From Promethearchaeota archaeon (GTDB taxonomy: Archaea > Asgardarchaeota > Lokiarchaeia > Sigyniarchaeales > SOKP01): a stretch of 64,000 bases of DNA. The stretch is taken from contig JBHLLT010000001.1 in NCBI GenBank assembly GCA_048938855.1, forward strand, positions 32,001 through 96,000, written 5' to 3'. The position numbers and the translations under genes are program-made. The notes under the pieces were generated by a model. It ran no database searches, was not told the DNA's origin, and saw nothing but the letters and a program-made list of their open reading frames with translations. Shown here piece after piece: positions 50,700-60,805 of the stretch (position 1 is the stretch's first letter; the number at the start of each line of letters is the position of its first letter).

Positions 50700-51965
50700 T
50701 CAATCAGAAATACCATTTTCAGTTATAGAAAAAATAGCTTCTCCTTCTGGTAAATGTGGTGCATCAACAATTTTAGCAATTCTCTGCTCTCCTTTACCTT
50801 TTCTTAAAAATATCCTAATAGTGGACCCATGTGCTACAACATTTCCACCCGCTGCCTGTAATGGATTCCCATAGAAAACATCTGGTTTTGCTTGAACTTG
50901 GTTTGTCACGACTATTGCTAAATCAGTATAAATATCACATAATCTTAATAAATCATGTAGATGAGAATTAATAAGTTGTTGACGATTTGCTAATGTACCA
51001 CGCCCTATATATTCACTGCGAAAATGCCCTATTAACGAATCCACTACAATTAATTTAATATTTTGTTCTTTAATTAAATTTGCGGCTTCTTTGATTAATA
51101 TAACTTGATGATCAGAATTATACGCTCGTCCAAAAATGATATTTTTTAATATTTTGTTATGATCTAAATCTAACCCTTCCGCCATTTGAATTATTCTTTC
51201 AGGCCTGAATGTACCTTCAGTGTCAATATATAATGCTTTACCTTCAATTCCTCCTTTTTCTAGGGGCAATTGTACATTTACACATAATTGATGCATAATT
51301 TGAGTTTTTCCTGTCCTAAACTCGCCAAAAAACTCAATTAAGCTACCAGTTTCAACTCCACCTCCTAATAAATCATCTAATTCTTGACTTCCAGTAGTAA
51401 TTCGAGCAATATTTTTCCTATGCTCCCATACATCTTCAGCGCTTTTAAATCCAATATTTAACTTTTCCATACATGCCTTTATTAATTTAGCAGTTGTTTT
51501 GTCTCCTAAACCGCTTTCATCTTGGATAATACTAGGCGGTGTAAATGCGATAGATTCTAAACTAGAGAAACCTGCTTTTATTAATTTATTTAGCGTAGCT
51601 TCTCCTACACCAGGAAGTTTTTTTACTTCGTTAATTGATTCTTGGAGACTACCTTTGTTATTTGGAAGAGTTTCATTTTCAATATCTTTGTTATCATCGA
51701 TTTCATTTTCAATTTCAATATCATTTTCATCAATCTTAAATTCTTCAAAAGATTCAGTTAATTCAACATCGTCGTCAAATTCATCATCGTTTGACTCGAT
51801 GTCTTCATCTGGTATATCTTGTTTATTTGGGGTTTCAGATTGAGCAAAACTAATATGCTCTCTATAAATCTTCCCCTTTGTATGATTTCGTTTACATTCA
51901 ATGCAATAATAAGGTTTTCCCATTTCAAAACCATCAATACTTTCAATTTCTGTTGCTTTAGCCAT
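50700..51965 (-). CDS. radA: DNA repair and recombination protein RadA with N-terminal extension
   Basis: HhH LPGVG, GEFRTGKTQ, YIDTEGTFRPERI, VVDS, TNQV, GGNVVAH, DAPHLPE. Confidence 0.95.
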   Translation of the reverse strand: MAKATEIESIDGFEMGKPYYCIECKRNHTKGKIYREHISFAQSETPNKQDIPDEDIESNDDEFDDDVELTESFEEFKIDENDIEIENEIDDNKDIENETLPNNKGSLQESINEVKKLPGVGEATLNKLIKAGFSSLESIAFTPPSIIQDESGLGDKTTAKLIKACMEKLNIGFKSAEDVWEHRKNIARITTGSQELDDLLGGGVETGSLIEFFGEFRTGKTQIMHQLCVNVQLPLEKGGIEGKALYIDTEGTFRPERIIQMAEGLDLDHNKILKNIIFGRAYNSDHQVILIKEAANLIKEQNIKLIVVDSLIGHFRSEYIGRGTLANRQQLINSHLHDLLRLCDIYTDLAIVVTNQVQAKPDVFYGNPLQAAGGNVVAHGSTIRIFLRKGKGEQRIAKIVDAPHLPEGEAIFSITENGISD

Positions 51966-52226
51966 AAAAGATCATTAAAATAAGTGTAATTTTTATAGAT
52001 ACTGTTTATTATGCATAGTTAGATAGGTCTTTATTTTAAGTAAAATAGAGTTCTAATTTTCAAATTTGTTTTTATTGGGAAAAGAACCTAAACCGACAAA
52101 AATACTAACAATTACCATTTAGTTATGAATTATTACACCTAATTGTTAATTGATAAAATAATATAAACATAAATAGATTATATAAAGTTATTATTAAAAC
52201 TACTAAGCTATATTAGATGAAATCTT

Positions 52227-53462
52227 ATGAATCTTAAAGTAAAATTTGAAGGCTATCCAGAAATAACAGAGAATCTCCTTAATGATTCTATTAATATTAT
52301 AAAAAAAAATAACCAGAATTGGGATCCTCCATTTTTCTTTGATACTAAGACATATATTGATATTCTAAAGATTCGAGAAACTGTTGATCAATATATCACT
52401 AATGATCTTAAGAATATTATAGTTTTAGGGACTGGGGGTTCAATTCAAACTCTAATTGCCTTAAAACATTTAGCAAGGAGGAAAATTTTCCCTGTTACTA
52501 GCTCCAGAGCAGTGGAATTAAAAGGATGTCTAGATAAAACATCTCCAGAAAATTCAATTGTAATTCCTATATCAAGGGGAGGAGAAACTCTTGATATTAA
52601 TTCAACTATTGGAACTTTTTTAGAAAAAGGATATAAATTTATAGGTTTATCCTCCATGGGAACCATGTATGAAATCTTAAAAGAAATTGATTGCCCTATT
52701 TTAGATGTCCCTAATCTTTCTGGACGTTATGCAGGATCTGTTACTAATGTAGGAATTGTTCCTGCTTATATGGCAGGTATAAATGTTGAGGAGTTTCTAA
52801 AAGGATTGGAAAATGCCTACAGTGTATTTTCAAAATATGAAAATCAACCAGCTATAAAATTTGCCTCTTTTCTTTACAATCTATATGAAAAAAACTATAA
52901 AATGGTTTTTTCAATGCCTTACTCAAAAAACTTAGAGGGGAGTATTGGATTATGGGTCCAAGGAATTTCAGAAAGCACTGGAAAAGATGAAAAAGGTTTG
53001 ATAGGTACATATCAACCCGCTCCTATTTGTCAACATTCAGTTTTAGAATACTTATTAGGGGGTACTAAAGGTGTCACTATCCCAATTTTGTGGTCAATAT
53101 TAAATGAAAATCCGGATTTCAGTTTAAATTCCTCTATCTCATATGTAGATAGTTTTAGTGCTCAGACGATTGTTAAATATCAAGCAAATGCTACATTTCA
53201 AGCTTTAATTCAAGAAAAAGTACCATCAGCAAAAATTTCAATTGAAGAACCAACAGAAATGAATATTGGACATCTTATTGCATTCATATTATCTTCGATC
53301 TATTATCTTTGTTTATTATTAAATGTAAATTGGGCAAATAACCCAAAAGTAATTATTGGAAAGAAAATCTGTAATGAAGCTCTTAAAGAAAAAAGAACTC
53401 AAGAACAAGGGGAGAATTTAAGAAAAGAAATAGCTAAAGAGAAATTTCGAGGATTTTTTTGA
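52227..53462 (+). CDS. pgi: Glucose-6-phosphate isomerase (PGI/SIS superfamily), divergent
   Basis: LGTGGS, ISRGGET, SGRY, QGISESTGK, QHS, GKK retain the catalytic Glu/His/Lys positions. Confidence 0.7.
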   Translation: MNLKVKFEGYPEITENLLNDSINIIKKNNQNWDPPFFFDTKTYIDILKIRETVDQYITNDLKNIIVLGTGGSIQTLIALKHLARRKIFPVTSSRAVELKGCLDKTSPENSIVIPISRGGETLDINSTIGTFLEKGYKFIGLSSMGTMYEILKEIDCPILDVPNLSGRYAGSVTNVGIVPAYMAGINVEEFLKGLENAYSVFSKYENQPAIKFASFLYNLYEKNYKMVFSMPYSKNLEGSIGLWVQGISESTGKDEKGLIGTYQPAPICQHSVLEYLLGGTKGVTIPILWSILNENPDFSLNSSISYVDSFSAQTIVKYQANATFQALIQEKVPSAKISIEEPTEMNIGHLIAFILSSIYYLCLLLNVNWANNPKVIIGKKICNEALKEKRTQEQGENLRKEIAKEKFRGFF

Positions 53463-53531
53463 TATAATTCCTTAAACTCTGATTAAATTTTAAGTAAAAG
53501 AAAAATAGGAAGATTCACATATTTTCTTAAG

Positions 53532-54794
53532 ATGAAAAAAGTAGAATTATTAGCTCCAGCAAAAAATATTAAAGCAATTAAGGCTGCAATGAAATATGCA
53601 GATTCTGTCTACTTTGGGATTAAAAAGTTTAATATGAGGATGCGATCGGAGAATTTTTCCTTAAATGAATTAAACAATGTCGTAGAATTTTGTCATAAAA
53701 ACGATTTAAAAGTATATTTGACAACAAATATTCTGGTTTACGATAATGAATTGAACTTCCTTCGTGAAATAATAAAAAGAAGTAACGAAGCCGAAGTTGA
53801 TGCTGTAATAGTTCATGATATGGCCGCAATACAAATAGCTAAAGAAATTGATATACCATTTCATATTTCAACTCAATGTAATGTTTCTAATTCTCTATCT
53901 GCAAAATTTTATGAAAACCTTGGTGCTGAACGAATAATTTTAGCAAGGGAATTATCACTGGAAAAAATAAAAGAAATTAAAAGAAATTTAATCAAAACAA
54001 AAGTAGAAACTTTTATTCATGGAGCTATGTGTACTTCTGTTAGTGGCAGATGTTATTTTTCCCAAGATATATGTGGAACAGAGAAAAAGTCTGCCAATCG
54101 AGGTAAATGTGAACAACCTTGTAGGAGGAGGTGGTGGCTTCGTGAAGAAAGTGGAGGAGAATATATATACGATGGAGTAAGGTTCTTGAACTCAAGAGAT
54201 TTATGTACAATTGCATATATTCCAGACTTAATTGAAGCTAATATTGATGCTTTCAAAATTGAAGGACGTATACGTCATCCTCATTATGTCGAAGTTGTTT
54301 CAAAAATATATAGAGAAGCTATTGATGCATATTATGAGGGAACATTTTCGAAAGAAAAAGCAGGAAAATGGGTAACTGAACTGAAAAAAGTTTATAATAG
54401 AGGATTCACATCTGGCTTTTACTTTAAAAGAATGACGGAAGAAGATCATCAACACAAATCACCATCTAATTTATCTCATTATAGATATATTAAAGTAGGG
54501 GCGATAATAGATTATGATCAAGAAACTAATATTAGTACTGTTTCATTAGACAATGGATATCTTTCAAAACATGATGACATTATTATTATGGGGAAAAAAA
54601 CTGATACTTATCTTCATCAATGTGTTGAAAAGATTTGGAACCAAGGTAACCTAGTTAATAAAACTCAACGAGGGACAAGTAACAAGAAAGTAAATATAAA
54701 TTTAGAAGTGAAAGACAATGTTATGGGAAATGGACTTGATAAGGTTTATGTTTTTACTGACAAAACATACCATAAAAAGAAATATTCATTATGA
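53532..54794 (+). CDS. U32 peptidase family protein (Fe-S, TrhP/RlhA-like RNA hydroxylation)
   Basis: ELLAPA, HISTQ, LAREL, HGAMCTSVSGRC, NRGKCEQPCR, KIEGR. Confidence 0.9.
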   Translation: MKKVELLAPAKNIKAIKAAMKYADSVYFGIKKFNMRMRSENFSLNELNNVVEFCHKNDLKVYLTTNILVYDNELNFLREIIKRSNEAEVDAVIVHDMAAIQIAKEIDIPFHISTQCNVSNSLSAKFYENLGAERIILARELSLEKIKEIKRNLIKTKVETFIHGAMCTSVSGRCYFSQDICGTEKKSANRGKCEQPCRRRWWLREESGGEYIYDGVRFLNSRDLCTIAYIPDLIEANIDAFKIEGRIRHPHYVEVVSKIYREAIDAYYEGTFSKEKAGKWVTELKKVYNRGFTSGFYFKRMTEEDHQHKSPSNLSHYRYIKVGAIIDYDQETNISTVSLDNGYLSKHDDIIIMGKKTDTYLHQCVEKIWNQGNLVNKTQRGTSNKKVNINLEVKDNVMGNGLDKVYVFTDKTYHKKKYSL

Positions 54795-54842
54795 TTATTT
54801 TATATTATTTCAACTAATTAATAAAAAAATAAGGTATTTAAT

Positions 54843-55760
54843 ATGGAAACAAATAAAAAGAAAATAATAGAGTCTGTTCCTAATTTTAGTGAAGGAAGTG
54901 ATAGTGAAAAAATTGAACAGATTGTATCTAAAATTAGGAATACCCCTAATACGCGTATTGTAGATGTACAGTATGATGCCGATTATAATAGAGCTGTTAT
55001 CACTTTTGTAGGTACTCCTGAGGCCGTTTTAAGAGCAAATATTGATGCTGCTAAGAAAGCCATAGAATTAATTGATATGAATACACATAAAGGTCAGCAT
55101 CCTCGAATTGGAGCTGTTGACGTAGTGCCTTTCGTCCCTGCACAAAATGTAACAATGGATGAATGTATCGATTTATCTAAAAGGTTTGCAGAAGAAATAT
55201 CAAAAGAAGGTATTCCCGTTTATCTTTATGAAGAGTCTGCTCAGAAATTGGAAAGAAAAAATATTGATAATATTCGGAAAGGAGAATACGAGAAACTAAA
55301 AGAATTAATTAAAACTGATCTAGAAAAAAAACCTGATTATGGTCCTTCTGAATTTCATCCAACTGCGGGAGCAATCATAACAGGAGCAAGAAATCCATTA
55401 ATTAGCTTTAATATCAACTTAGGAACAAAAGATGTGAGAATTGCTAGGAAAGTTGCAAAAACTATACACCTTCGTTCTGGTGGATTAGTTAATATTAAAG
55501 CAATGGGTACAGAATTAGCTAATAAAGATTATGTTCAGGTTGGAATCTCTAATATTAATTATAGAAAAACTCCTTTATATAGGCAAATGGAACTTGTAAG
55601 AATGGAAGCAGCTCGCTATGGTGTGTCAATAATTGGTTCAGAGTTAGTTGGTGTCTTACCTTTAGGCGCAGTTCTTAATTCACTGGAATATTATCTACAG
55701 CTAGAAACACCTGATAAACTAGGAGAAGAACATTTATTAGAACATTATTTCGATTTTTAA
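54843..55760 (+). CDS. ftcD: Glutamate formimidoyltransferase (FTCD N-terminal domain only)
   Basis: ESVPNFSEG, YNRAV, HKGQHPRIGAVDVVPFVP, IRKGEYE, PDYGP, SELVG. Confidence 0.93.
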   Translation: METNKKKIIESVPNFSEGSDSEKIEQIVSKIRNTPNTRIVDVQYDADYNRAVITFVGTPEAVLRANIDAAKKAIELIDMNTHKGQHPRIGAVDVVPFVPAQNVTMDECIDLSKRFAEEISKEGIPVYLYEESAQKLERKNIDNIRKGEYEKLKELIKTDLEKKPDYGPSEFHPTAGAIITGARNPLISFNINLGTKDVRIARKVAKTIHLRSGGLVNIKAMGTELANKDYVQVGISNINYRKTPLYRQMELVRMEAARYGVSIIGSELVGVLPLGAVLNSLEYYLQLETPDKLGEEHLLEHYFDF

Positions 55761-55763
55761 GAT

Positions 55764-57080
55764 TTAGGCCGATAATTCATTATCAACAACAATCTTGCCA
55801 TTTTTTATAACTTTTGATAATAGATTTACCCCAAAATGGTAAGGTATGAAATGATGATTTGGTATATTAAAAACTAATAAATCTGCTTTTTTTCCAATTT
55901 CAATGCTTCCAATTTCATCTTGTTTTTGAAGAGCACACGCAGCATTAATTGTTGATGCTGTGAGCGCTTCAGCCGGTGAAAGTTTCATATAATAACATGC
56001 TAAGGCAATAATCATTTGCATTGATTCCGTCCAACAATTTGGATTTAGATCTGTAGCTAAAGCAATAGGTATACCTAATTCTATCATTTTTCTTGCAGGA
56101 GCATATTGGTCTAACATTAAACAAAACGGTGTTGCTGGTAAGAGAGTTGCAATTACTCCTTCTTCAGCCATCGCCTTTAAACCCTCATCATTTGACTTCA
56201 ATAAATGCCCCGTTTGAATTGCTCTCAATTCAGAAGCTAATAAAGCCCCATTTGTATCAACAATCTCATCAATGTGAATCTGGGGTTTTAAACCATATCT
56301 GATTGCTGTTTTTAATATTTTACGAGTTTGTTTTATTGAAAAGATTCCTTTCTCACAAAAAACATCACAAAATACTGCAAGTCCTTCTTTAACAATTCTA
56401 GGAATCATCTCTGAAATGATTAAATCTACATATTTATCAGTTTTGTTTTCATATTCAGGTGGGATTGCATGAGCACCTAAAAATGTAGGAACAATATCAA
56501 TTGGGTGGTCGTCATTTAATATTTGTATTGCTTCTAATTGTTTAATTTCACTTTCAGTTGTTAAACCATATCCAGATTTTGTTTCAATAGTGGTTGTTCC
56601 ATATGACATCATAGTGTTGAGTATTTTCTTTCCATTTTGGACTAATTTTTCAATTGGAGCTTTTCTCGTTTCACGAACGGTCTTTAATATACCTCCTCCT
56701 AATTCTAAAATTTCCATATATGACTTTCCTTCTAGTTTCATATTTAATTCATTTTCTCGTGAACCCTCAAAAATTATATGAGTATGAGGATCAACAAACC
56801 CTGGTGTAACTAATTTATTTGATGCATCTATTTTCGTGAGGATTTTACCAAATTCATATTTTGATTGCAGCTCCTCTGTAGAACCAATAAAAATAATTCT
56901 ATCATCTTTTACTGCTACAGCCCCATCATATATTATAGCTAACTCAGACATTTCTTCCCCTATCCTTGGAGCTCCGTATTTAGTATTCATAGTTACTAAT
57001 TCATTACAGTGAAAAATTACTAAATCTGGCTCAACATTTGAAAATAATTCTTTTTTTGAATAGGTCGATGCTACAAACAT
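55764..57080 (-). CDS. hutI: Imidazolonepropionase
   Basis: PGFVDPHTH, GGGILKTV, ETKSGYGL, FLGAH, DVFCE, ATDLNP. Confidence 0.95.
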   Translation of the reverse strand: MFVASTYSKKELFSNVEPDLVIFHCNELVTMNTKYGAPRIGEEMSELAIIYDGAVAVKDDRIIFIGSTEELQSKYEFGKILTKIDASNKLVTPGFVDPHTHIIFEGSRENELNMKLEGKSYMEILELGGGILKTVRETRKAPIEKLVQNGKKILNTMMSYGTTTIETKSGYGLTTESEIKQLEAIQILNDDHPIDIVPTFLGAHAIPPEYENKTDKYVDLIISEMIPRIVKEGLAVFCDVFCEKGIFSIKQTRKILKTAIRYGLKPQIHIDEIVDTNGALLASELRAIQTGHLLKSNDEGLKAMAEEGVIATLLPATPFCLMLDQYAPARKMIELGIPIALATDLNPNCWTESMQMIIALACYYMKLSPAEALTASTINAACALQKQDEIGSIEIGKKADLLVFNIPNHHFIPYHFGVNLLSKVIKNGKIVVDNELSA

Positions 57081-57096
57081 TTTAATCCAACTTGAT

Positions 57097-58617
57097 CTAT
57101 TTATTGAAAATTTCTAATAATTTTTTGCTTCTAATAATACTTAAGGCGGAATTAATAAAATCAGACAAAATCGTATCATTAATTATATACGGAATTTTTT
57201 CTCTCACATATTTATGCACTTTTTCTAATATAATGCTAGATTTTAAGGGTCTCCGAAAATCAAGAGCTTGAGAAGCACATAAAAGTTCAATAGCAAGAAT
57301 TTTTTCAAGATTAGATACGATTCTTAGAGCTTTCCTTGCACTAATTGGAGCCATGCTAACATGATCTTCTTGTCCAGCTCCCGTAGGAATGCTATCAGCA
57401 CTTGAAGGGAAGCAGAGTGATTTATTTTCACTAGTTAAAGCTGCTGATGTATATTGTGCTAGCATAAATCCTGAATTTAAACCGGCTTTCGTTATTAAAT
57501 TTGGTGGCAATCCCCATTTTCCTTCAAGTAGTAGGAAAATACGACGATCTGAAATATTACCTATCTCTGATGCTGCAATACTTATATAATCTAAAGGTAA
57601 GGCAAGAGGTTGTCCATGAAAATTCCCACCACTATAAGTTTCATGTTCATCAAAAACAATAGGGTTATCTGTTACAGAATTAAGTTCACACTCCAATTTT
57701 TCGTTTAAATGTGCTAAAGCATCTCTAGATGCGCCATGAACTTGGGGAATACATCGAATTGAATAAGGATCTTGTACTCGTTTACAATTTTTATGAGATT
57801 CTACTAATTCTGAATTTTCAAGTAATGTTCTCATCCTTTTCGCCACTATTAATGCACCATTATGGGGTCTTAATTTTATAAGTTTCTCAGTGAATGGTTG
57901 AGGTGAAGCTAAATAGCCCTCAATAGTAAGAGCTCCAATAAGGTCAGCGTGATCCAAGCAACTTGAAAATTTATCTACTATTTTAATTGCATGGGCAGAA
58001 ATAAATTGAGTACCATTAATTAATGCTAAACCTTCTTTCGCTTCAAGAGTTATTGGTGTTAATTTTACCTTTTTTAATACTTCATCTGTGGGTAAATAGT
58101 TTTCATTATCATTAGTTACATATCCTAGTCCTATTAAGGGTAAAAAAAGATGGGCTAATGGTGCAAGATCTCCAGAAGCTCCAACTGAACCTTGTTTAGG
58201 AACCAATGGGATATAATTATTGTCTATATGCCAACAAATTCTTTCAACTGTTTTAACAGAAATTCCAGAATATCCCAAACATAATGTGTGAGCTTTTAAA
58301 ATTAACATTAATTTTGAAATTTCAGGTTCTACTGGAGATCCTATTCCGGCACTATGACTTTTAAGAAGATTTTCCTGTAACAATCCAGTCTCTTCCTTTG
58401 AAATTCTAGTAGTGCATAGAGAGCCAAATCCTGTATTTATACTATAAACTAACTTATTTCCCTTAACTATTGACTTTACGGCATCATGATTTTTAGCAAT
58501 CCGTTCTTTAACTTCATTAATGACAATGCCTTTTATGGTTTCCCTAGATATTGCTAATGCCTTTTCAACGGAAAGCTTATCAATACCGTACTTAAATTCC
58601 TTATTCATATAAGTCAA
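57097..58617 (-). CDS. hutH: Histidine ammonia-lyase
   Basis: NTGFG, MIO triad in GSVGASGDLAPL, KEGLALING, QDPYSIRC, DNP, GGNFHG, QEDHVSM. Confidence 0.96.
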   Translation of the reverse strand: MTYMNKEFKYGIDKLSVEKALAISRETIKGIVINEVKERIAKNHDAVKSIVKGNKLVYSINTGFGSLCTTRISKEETGLLQENLLKSHSAGIGSPVEPEISKLMLILKAHTLCLGYSGISVKTVERICWHIDNNYIPLVPKQGSVGASGDLAPLAHLFLPLIGLGYVTNDNENYLPTDEVLKKVKLTPITLEAKEGLALINGTQFISAHAIKIVDKFSSCLDHADLIGALTIEGYLASPQPFTEKLIKLRPHNGALIVAKRMRTLLENSELVESHKNCKRVQDPYSIRCIPQVHGASRDALAHLNEKLECELNSVTDNPIVFDEHETYSGGNFHGQPLALPLDYISIAASEIGNISDRRIFLLLEGKWGLPPNLITKAGLNSGFMLAQYTSAALTSENKSLCFPSSADSIPTGAGQEDHVSMAPISARKALRIVSNLEKILAIELLCASQALDFRRPLKSSIILEKVHKYVREKIPYIINDTILSDFINSALSIIRSKKLLEIFNK

Positions 58618-58699
58618 CTTTTAATTATTTTGATCAGAGACCAAAACAGAAATATTCTTCCAATATGAATTTTTTAAATAATTTAAATCGAATTATTAT

Positions 58700-60721
58700 T
58701 TATTTAATTTTATTTAAATAACTATCAATTATATTGTCTAAAAGCTTATCTTCTGTTAAAAAAGGTAAGGTTATATGCCCTCTTACCTTATTTTCTACAT
58801 TCCAATTATAAGCAGTTTCAAGAGCATTGGTATTTCTAGCCCAACTTCTTCTTGCAATACCTCCCATCACATCCCATTCAATAGCATTCTCAATAATTTT
58901 ATCGACTCTCTCAGATCCATCTAAAACTAAACCAAATCCTCCATTAAAACATTTTCCAATTCCCACACCTCCTCCATTTGAAAGAACCACGTAAGTCATT
59001 CCTCTTACAGCATTTCCAGCAAAACAATGAACTGCCATCTCTGCCATAACATTGCTTCCATCTCGAATATTAGATGTTTCTCTGAAAGGTGAATCTGTTC
59101 CCGAAACATCGTGATGATCTCTTCCTAGCATAATTGGTCCAATTTTCCCTTTTTTTACTAAATCATTAAATTTCAAAGCTATATTAATACGTTCCTTAGC
59201 ATCGGCATATAATATCCGTGCTTTAGTCCCAACTACTAATTTATTTTTTTTAGCATCTCGAATCCAGTGATAATTATCGCGATCTTGAGCTCTCCTTTCG
59301 GGATTAATATAACTCATTGCTGCTTGATCTGTTTTATCTAAGTCTTCTTCCTTCCCCGAAAGACAAACCCATCTAAATGGTCCATAACCATAATCAAAAC
59401 AAATTGGACCCATAATATCTTCAACATAGGATGGAAAAATAAAACCCTCTGAGACATTAACTCCATTTTGTAGTATATCCAAAGATCCTGCATCAAAAAC
59501 TGCTTTCATGAAAGAATTTCCATAATCCCAGAAAAAAGTACCTCTCTTAGTCATTGTATTAATGAGTTTAAACTGCTCTATTAATGATTCATCCACTAAT
59601 TGCTTAAATCTTTCAATGTTAGATTTGATTAATTCTCTACCTTCCTTAAAATTTATTTGATAAGGAGTATAACCACCTTCATAAACCGCATGACAAGATG
59701 TTTGATCTGATGCAAGTTCTACTTTAATATTTTTATCAACGACGTATTTCCATAAATCTACCACGTTTCCACTATATGCTATTGATAATGGTTGCTTTGA
59801 TTTTCTAGCATCATCAACCCATTTAAAAATTTCATCTAAATCTTCCGAAATTCTGGAAACCCATCCTTGTTCATGTCTAGTTTTGATTCTTGACTCATCA
59901 ACCTCAGCTATTACTCCTATTCCACCTGCAATTTCTATAGCTTTAGCTTGTGCACCACTCATGCCGCCCAAACCAGATGAAATATATAAAATGCCTTTTA
60001 AATCTGAATCCTGAGGTAAATTTAAATATAATCTACCAGCATTTAATAGAGTAATATAGGTCCCGTGCACAATACCTTGAGGTCCAATATACATCCAACC
60101 TCCCGCAGTCATTTGACCATAATTGGCTACCCCTAGAGCGGCTGCAATTGAAAAATCATCTGGATTATCGAACATGCCTACCATTAATCCATTGGTTGAA
60201 ATAACTCTAGGAGAATTCTGTAATGTTGGAAAAAGACCAATAGGATGGCCTGATGCTATAATTAAGGTTTGAGTGTCATTCATTACTTCCAAATATTTTT
60301 TAACTAATTGGTACTGCATCCAATTTTGAAAAACTTGTCCACTTTCACCATAAGTTACTAATTCATAAGGATAAAGGGCTACATCGAAATCAAGATTATT
60401 ATCAATCATTACTTGTAATGCTTTTGCCTCTATAATATTTCCAATATATTCATTTATAGATTTAGCTTTAATAGGTCCTTCAGGTCTGTATCTATAACCA
60501 TAGATTCTTCCTCTTGATACTAATTCGTCCATAAATTCAACAGCTAAATTTTCATGTAAAGAAGGAGGAATGTATCTTAAAGCATTTTTTAAAGCTAATT
60601 TTGTTTGATGAGAAGTTAGTATGAATCCTCTCGAAGGAGCTCTTCTTATACCGTCAATGAATTTGGGGTAAGAAGGTAATTTATCTGGTAATTTAATTTT
60701 CATAGCTTTTGAAATTTCCAT
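58700..60721 (-). CDS. hutU: Urocanate hydratase, long (UROC1-like) form
   Basis: YPYELVTYG, GQMTAGGWMYIGPQGIVHGT, GLGGMSGAQ, SDQTSCH, GRDHHDVSG; 673 aa. Confidence 0.96.
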   Translation of the reverse strand: MEISKAMKIKLPDKLPSYPKFIDGIRRAPSRGFILTSHQTKLALKNALRYIPPSLHENLAVEFMDELVSRGRIYGYRYRPEGPIKAKSINEYIGNIIEAKALQVMIDNNLDFDVALYPYELVTYGESGQVFQNWMQYQLVKKYLEVMNDTQTLIIASGHPIGLFPTLQNSPRVISTNGLMVGMFDNPDDFSIAAALGVANYGQMTAGGWMYIGPQGIVHGTYITLLNAGRLYLNLPQDSDLKGILYISSGLGGMSGAQAKAIEIAGGIGVIAEVDESRIKTRHEQGWVSRISEDLDEIFKWVDDARKSKQPLSIAYSGNVVDLWKYVVDKNIKVELASDQTSCHAVYEGGYTPYQINFKEGRELIKSNIERFKQLVDESLIEQFKLINTMTKRGTFFWDYGNSFMKAVFDAGSLDILQNGVNVSEGFIFPSYVEDIMGPICFDYGYGPFRWVCLSGKEEDLDKTDQAAMSYINPERRAQDRDNYHWIRDAKKNKLVVGTKARILYADAKERINIALKFNDLVKKGKIGPIMLGRDHHDVSGTDSPFRETSNIRDGSNVMAEMAVHCFAGNAVRGMTYVVLSNGGGVGIGKCFNGGFGLVLDGSERVDKIIENAIEWDVMGGIARRSWARNTNALETAYNWNVENKVRGHITLPFLTEDKLLDNIIDSYLNKIK

Positions 60722-60805
60722 AGTTCTATCTAACTTCGTCTAATATATAAATAATATGATTTTAAAGATGTTTCTGGTCAAAATTAAATTTCTTAGAAAT
60801 AATAA

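Noticed and set aside
15009-54794. Selenocysteine read-through at TGA stops (e.g. 17744, 26517, 50243, 54794)
   Set aside because: Proteins appear complete at these stops, further stops or T-rich tracts follow, and none belongs to a known selenoprotein family.
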